A stretch of 64,000 bases of DNA, taken from the IMG/VR virus record IMGVR_UViG_3300023218_000062. One strand, written 5' to 3'. The DNA is from a virus (lineage: Duplodnaviria; Caudoviricetes). Below are positions 59,681 to 64,000 of the stretch, in pieces; the stretch's first letter is position 1, and the number at the start of each line of letters is the position of its first letter. A model generated the notes under the pieces. The model ran no database searches. It was not told the origin of the DNA and saw only the letters and a list, made by a program, of their open reading frames with translations. The position numbers and the translations under genes were made by a program.

Positions 59681-60571
59681 ATATATTTGGAAGATGCTTT
59701 ACTACTAAGCGTTCCAAGAATCTATTGTATGCGTGATGTGTAACACGAATATTTTTTATTTTAGCGTTTAGCACACAGTTTTTAAGAGAGGTAGTGTTTA
59801 TTATATTTTTCTTTATTTTAAAAATTATTAGTTATATAATTTACGATTAGTATTACAGCAATTGTTGAAGGGGATTGTCAAGCTTCTTAAATGATAATGA
59901 TTGTAATTTGGTACTTATTGTGATATACTCATTTGAGATTTGCTGGAAGAAATTGATGGATAAGATAGACAATAGTTACCTATAATTGGAGATGGTTTTT
60001 CGGATAATGATTTTGATAGAATATGTAAAGAGTTATATTTATTTTTAGATGAAGAAAGTCGTGCTATATCGGATGGTATCGGAACTGATATTGAAAAATT
60101 TAATGCATTTTTGTCACAACTTCATCATTCTTATGGTCGTTTTTTAAGGGATGAATTTCATTTATGGAATTCGGACAATCCGATTGTATTGTGGAGCAGG
60201 GAAAAATACGGAATTGATCATGGTGATGATATTTCCAGTATTATTGCTGGGATAGTATTTAATAAAGATCATAAATTCAGAGATTTGGTAATTGATACAT
60301 TAGTTAAGTGATTTCATAAGCATTGGAGGATGTATGGAAACTAAAGACTTGAAGACTATAAGCGCTCTTCAGAAGGCGATTCAATTAGCTCGTATTGCTA
60401 GTGATTGGAATCTTGGTGAAGTTGAGATAGACGAGGAGATGGTTAGTATTCATGAACTAATTGAAGAATTTGAAATGGTTATTAAAGAACTTGATTGAAA
60501 AGCATAGTAGGTAGTAAAACCAGAATGGTTATTGGGATAAATAATATTGACAGAGTTTTCCCGTAAGATAT

Positions 60572-61792
60572 ATGAATATATTAAAGATATTAAAAGAGAT
60601 TGATGGTTTCACTTATAATGAACTATTTAATATTTTAAATGAGAATTACAAGATTGCGTTAGACAAGTTTTCATCTGAAGCAAATACTGATACTATCAAG
60701 GATTATTTTTCCAAGTTTAAGGAACTAGGGAAGAAAAATTTGATTAACAAGGACATATCTTATTGGATTCCCAAGGGTTGGGAAAAATTTAAAGCGGCGG
60801 TAGATGATGCAGAAGGATATGGTAAGTCTAGGACTGAGCATAAGCGTAGTAGAAATGCAGGTAAATCTATTACTATACATGAAGATAATAGATGGCTGAT
60901 TGTTATTCCGTTAGATAAAGATGCAAGTTGTTTTCATGGTCGAAATACTGATTGGTGTACTGCCAAACCCACTGAACCGCATTTTATCAAATATTTTAAT
61001 GAAAACAATATAATACTAATTTATTTTATAGAAAAATTTTCTAATGAAAAATACGCAATTTCATTTAATGAAGATAATAATCAGGTAGAATTGTTTGATA
61101 AGAATGACAATAGCATTAGTAGAGAAGATTTTAAATCAGGCACTGGACGGGATCCTTTAGATATTGTTAATTTGGTTGAGGAAGAGTATTTAGAAAAAAT
61201 AAAATCTTGGAAACAAAATCAGAAACAAGAGCAAAAAGAGGTTAAAGCGGATATTATTAAATACCGGGATGGTAATTATTTTAAAAAGGATGCCCCCAAG
61301 AATAAAATTGAACACTATTTGAGAAATTCTCGTGATGTTGATAACTTGGCGGCTTATATACGAACTTTTGGTTCAGATAATCCAGAAGAATATATATTGA
61401 TGATAGATTCAGGACTATCTACACAAATACTTGGTGATAAGGCACCTGAAAAGGTAAAAAAGGCGGCTATTAATTTATCTCCCCTGAATATTATGCATTT
61501 GGATAATCCATCTGAAGAGCTTCAATTGGTTGCCGTAAAAAGTTTATCAGGTATTCGTTCTGTTTTTAGTGATCACAAAAAAGAAATTTCTGATAAAGTG
61601 GCGTTGGCTGCCATAGATAGATTGCAAGGATCATATAATGGAATATATCTTAGAGATATATTTACTCCTTATCGAAATTATTCTGAGGATGTTCAGATTG
61701 CAGCGGCGAAGAAATATCCGGAAGAAGCATTAAAGTATATCAGGAATCCAACAGATAAAGTTAAACGGATGTTACAACATAAAACACAATAA
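60572..61792 (+). CDS. large-phage protein with WLIVIPL..ASCFHG..TDWCTA domain and C-terminal PSE.LQL repeats
   Basis: 406-aa ORF, MNILKILKE leader, TAAATA upstream. Confidence 0.75.
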   Translation: MNILKILKEIDGFTYNELFNILNENYKIALDKFSSEANTDTIKDYFSKFKELGKKNLINKDISYWIPKGWEKFKAAVDDAEGYGKSRTEHKRSRNAGKSITIHEDNRWLIVIPLDKDASCFHGRNTDWCTAKPTEPHFIKYFNENNIILIYFIEKFSNEKYAISFNEDNNQVELFDKNDNSISREDFKSGTGRDPLDIVNLVEEEYLEKIKSWKQNQKQEQKEVKADIIKYRDGNYFKKDAPKNKIEHYLRNSRDVDNLAAYIRTFGSDNPEEYILMIDSGLSTQILGDKAPEKVKKAAINLSPLNIMHLDNPSEELQLVAVKSLSGIRSVFSDHKKEISDKVALAAIDRLQGSYNGIYLRDIFTPYRNYSEDVQIAAAKKYPEEALKYIRNPTDKVKRMLQHKTQ

Positions 61793-61940
61793 AAATATTA
61801 TCGCCACATGCATATTTTAAACCAAATAAACATTATTAATACGGAAAAGGTTGATAGCTAACAAATGTCCTGATTTATGGTATTGTGACGACTATAGCTT
61901 TTTTGATGGCCTATAAATAAGTTTAACATTTATATTAACG

Positions 61941-62276
61941 ATGAGAATTGGTATTGTATTAGAAAGAGTTAATGCTGAATTAGAGATATTAACTGAAATG
62001 CCTGAAAAGGATTTGCATGTTGTTATAAATGCTCTTGAAAAAGAATTCAAGAAATATGGATTGCGTTTACATTTAACAAAACATTTCATTAATTATGCAT
62101 TATATTCATACGCTCAAGAGCGTAAAACGATATCTGCTGCAGATTTATATAGGACCATAATGGAATTTTTGAATAAGCATAGCACACGGTTTAATGAATT
62201 TAAAAAAAGCAGGAAAAATTTCAAGATTGCTATAACCAACAAGAAAACTAATTTTGACGATAAACTTAGTTATTAA
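61941..62276 (+). CDS. hypothetical protein with MRIGIVLE leader
   Basis: TATAAATA at 61912-61919. Confidence 0.65.
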   Translation: MRIGIVLERVNAELEILTEMPEKDLHVVINALEKEFKKYGLRLHLTKHFINYALYSYAQERKTISAADLYRTIMEFLNKHSTRFNEFKKSRKNFKIAITNKKTNFDDKLSY

Positions 62277-62564
62277 TTATAATAAGCTGCCCATAGATTC
62301 AACTGTTCCATATGATATAGCGTTACAATCTATTATACAGAAAGATGATTATCGTGCAGATAATAATCCGGTAGATTTTTGGTCTAAGGTAAACATTTAA
62401 CCCGAAACAATTGATGAAGTTATTAATTTTGTTTTATTGATTAACAAATAATTTGAAATATTGCGGATTTATTTTATATTATTATAGGATGGTGAAGGTT
62501 TTTTCTAAATACTATTATTAATAATTTCCTTCTATAAAAGGGAGATCTTTTTAAAGGACGTTTT

Positions 62565-63170
62565 ATGAAGATATTAAAGATTTTAGAAGACGTAAAATAT
62601 CGTGGAGAGCACACTGCTCCTGATAGAAATAGCGGCGACCCATTACATAATGTAACCCAAAGCGTATATCCAGAAAACATTTATTCATCTAACGCGGCTC
62701 GATATTACGGTGATGGTAGAAGTGATGATTCTTATGTTATTGGGATAATTCAAGGTTATAGAAATACGCCTAATAAAAAAATAAAAATATATCGATCTGT
62801 TCCTAGGCAGATTAATGAACATCGAGTTAGTGAGCTAAAGAAGCTATATAATTATTATAATAAGTTTGGTTTTTTTCCTGTCGGGAATAAAATTGTTCAT
62901 TCATATGAAGACAAATATGATCATTTGGGATGGGATGAAAAGCAAGAAAGCGTGTATGACGCAATAGTATCAGATATTAAGGAATTGTCTTCTAAAAATA
63001 AGATCAAAATTAATTCTGGGGATTGGGTAACAATTAACAAACAATATGCATTGGAACATGGACATAGAGCGTTAAACAATAATTTTCGTATTATAGAAAA
63101 AACTGTTAAGGCAAAAGATTTATATACTAACGGAGACAGTATTCATGAATGGGGATATGATCCGTCATGA
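62565..63170 (+). CDS. ADP-ribosyltransferase-like (polyvalent-protein type) domain protein
   Basis: KIYRSVP, INSGDWVT...YALEHG, V.AKDL...GDSIHEWGY; MKILKILED leader. Confidence 0.5.
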   Translation: MKILKILEDVKYRGEHTAPDRNSGDPLHNVTQSVYPENIYSSNAARYYGDGRSDDSYVIGIIQGYRNTPNKKIKIYRSVPRQINEHRVSELKKLYNYYNKFGFFPVGNKIVHSYEDKYDHLGWDEKQESVYDAIVSDIKELSSKNKIKINSGDWVTINKQYALEHGHRALNNNFRIIEKTVKAKDLYTNGDSIHEWGYDPS

Positions 63171-63923
63171 ATATACAGAATATTTTGTTAGAAGGTATTT
63201 CTCCAATAGTATTTCATTATACAAATCTGAAAAATTTATATAATATATTGAATAGTAACAAATTAGAACTATCGCCCGGTGGTTTACAAAAAAAATGTAG
63301 AAGTTCAGAAAGGTAAGGGTGGATATTTTTTATCTACTTCCAGAACTAGAACTGGAGGGTTCCATGTTACAAAACTCACTGGTGCGTTAATAAAGTTAGA
63401 TGGTAAAAAGCTATCGAATAATCTCGCTGGTAAAGCCATGGACTATTATCCTGATCATATACGCCAATATGATCCTAGAGGTTTTGAGCAAGAAGATCGT
63501 ATATTTTCTCATAAACCTGTAATAGAAAACATTCAAAAATATATATTAAGGATTGACATTCTTATTTCCGATAATGTTGGGAGTGATATGTTTAAAAAGT
63601 ATATCAATCAATTAGCATACATGGCGTATTCATTTGGAAAGAAGAATAACATTGATGTAAACATTTATGATAATAAAAAGAGTTTTATTAGTGGGTCAAA
63701 TAATACGTTATCTTTTGAAGATATAAAGAAATTAAATACTAAAGACAAGACTGCCACGGAAGATCATAGGCGAAGTATTAGTAAAAATGCGTTAGATGAA
63801 TTACGATTCATATATAAAGCACTCGCTTTTAATGATTTTAATAAGTTGTCATCTAAAGAACAAGATACTATGACAAAATTTTTAAGATATTTTGAAGCTG
63901 AAAAAATAATCCGTCTGGTTTAA
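63167..63923 (+). CDS. ART-fold-like protein, frameshift in A-run at ~63290
   Basis: MNIQNILLEGISPIVFHYTNL..L.NILNSN.L then YFLSTSR (H-x-T / S-T-S pattern). Confidence 0.5.
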
Positions 63924-64000
63924 TTAGCACGCTTCATAACGTCACAAATACACCAAAAGCTAGAAACATATTACATAAAATATATGAAAAAATGAGAGAA

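Noticed and set aside
1-64000. Stop-codon reassignment (alternative genetic code)
   Set aside because: Long genes (rIIA 817 aa, AAA 659 aa) read through in code 11; breaks are frame changes, not in-frame stops; no suppressor tRNA seen.

Overview
AT-rich segment of a large T4-related (jumbo) myophage genome: rIIA/rIIB, T4-type RNA ligase 1, TATAAATA late promoters and many near-consensus sigma70 early promoters. No rRNA operon, CRISPR array or structural-gene cluster is present. Recognisable proteins include a tRNA maintenance set (CCA-adding enzyme, two RNA ligases, a Thg1 fragment, a TilS-like enzyme), a MoxR-type AAA+ ATPase with a 137-aa mini-intein and its distant vWA/HEXXH partner, a macrodomain, glutaredoxin, dCMP deaminase, GP88-like protein, YjgR/HerA-like ATPase, SprT-like proteases, ArdC and two ART-like proteins. 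RNA and mobile content: 13 intact tRNAs plus degenerate ones, and an internally deleted IS200/IS605 (tnpB) element. The most unusual signals are non-coding: (1) a promoter-driven RNA reproducing the 23S rRNA uL11-binding domain (H43-H44), split by a 218-nt structured insert; (2) an 11-copy TTGACA-N17-TAAAGG pseudo-promoter, usually back-to-back with a canonical promoter; (3) an array of single-gene promoter-leader-ORF-terminator cassettes at 53.3-58.5 kb; (4) tandem and clustered Fur-box-like sites; (5) an ncRNA island at 43.5-45.4 kb with two paralogous RNAs and a ~670-nt GOLLD-like RNA. Many genes are broken at homopolymer runs, most likely by sequencing or assembly indels. All family assignments come from motif recognition, not database searches.
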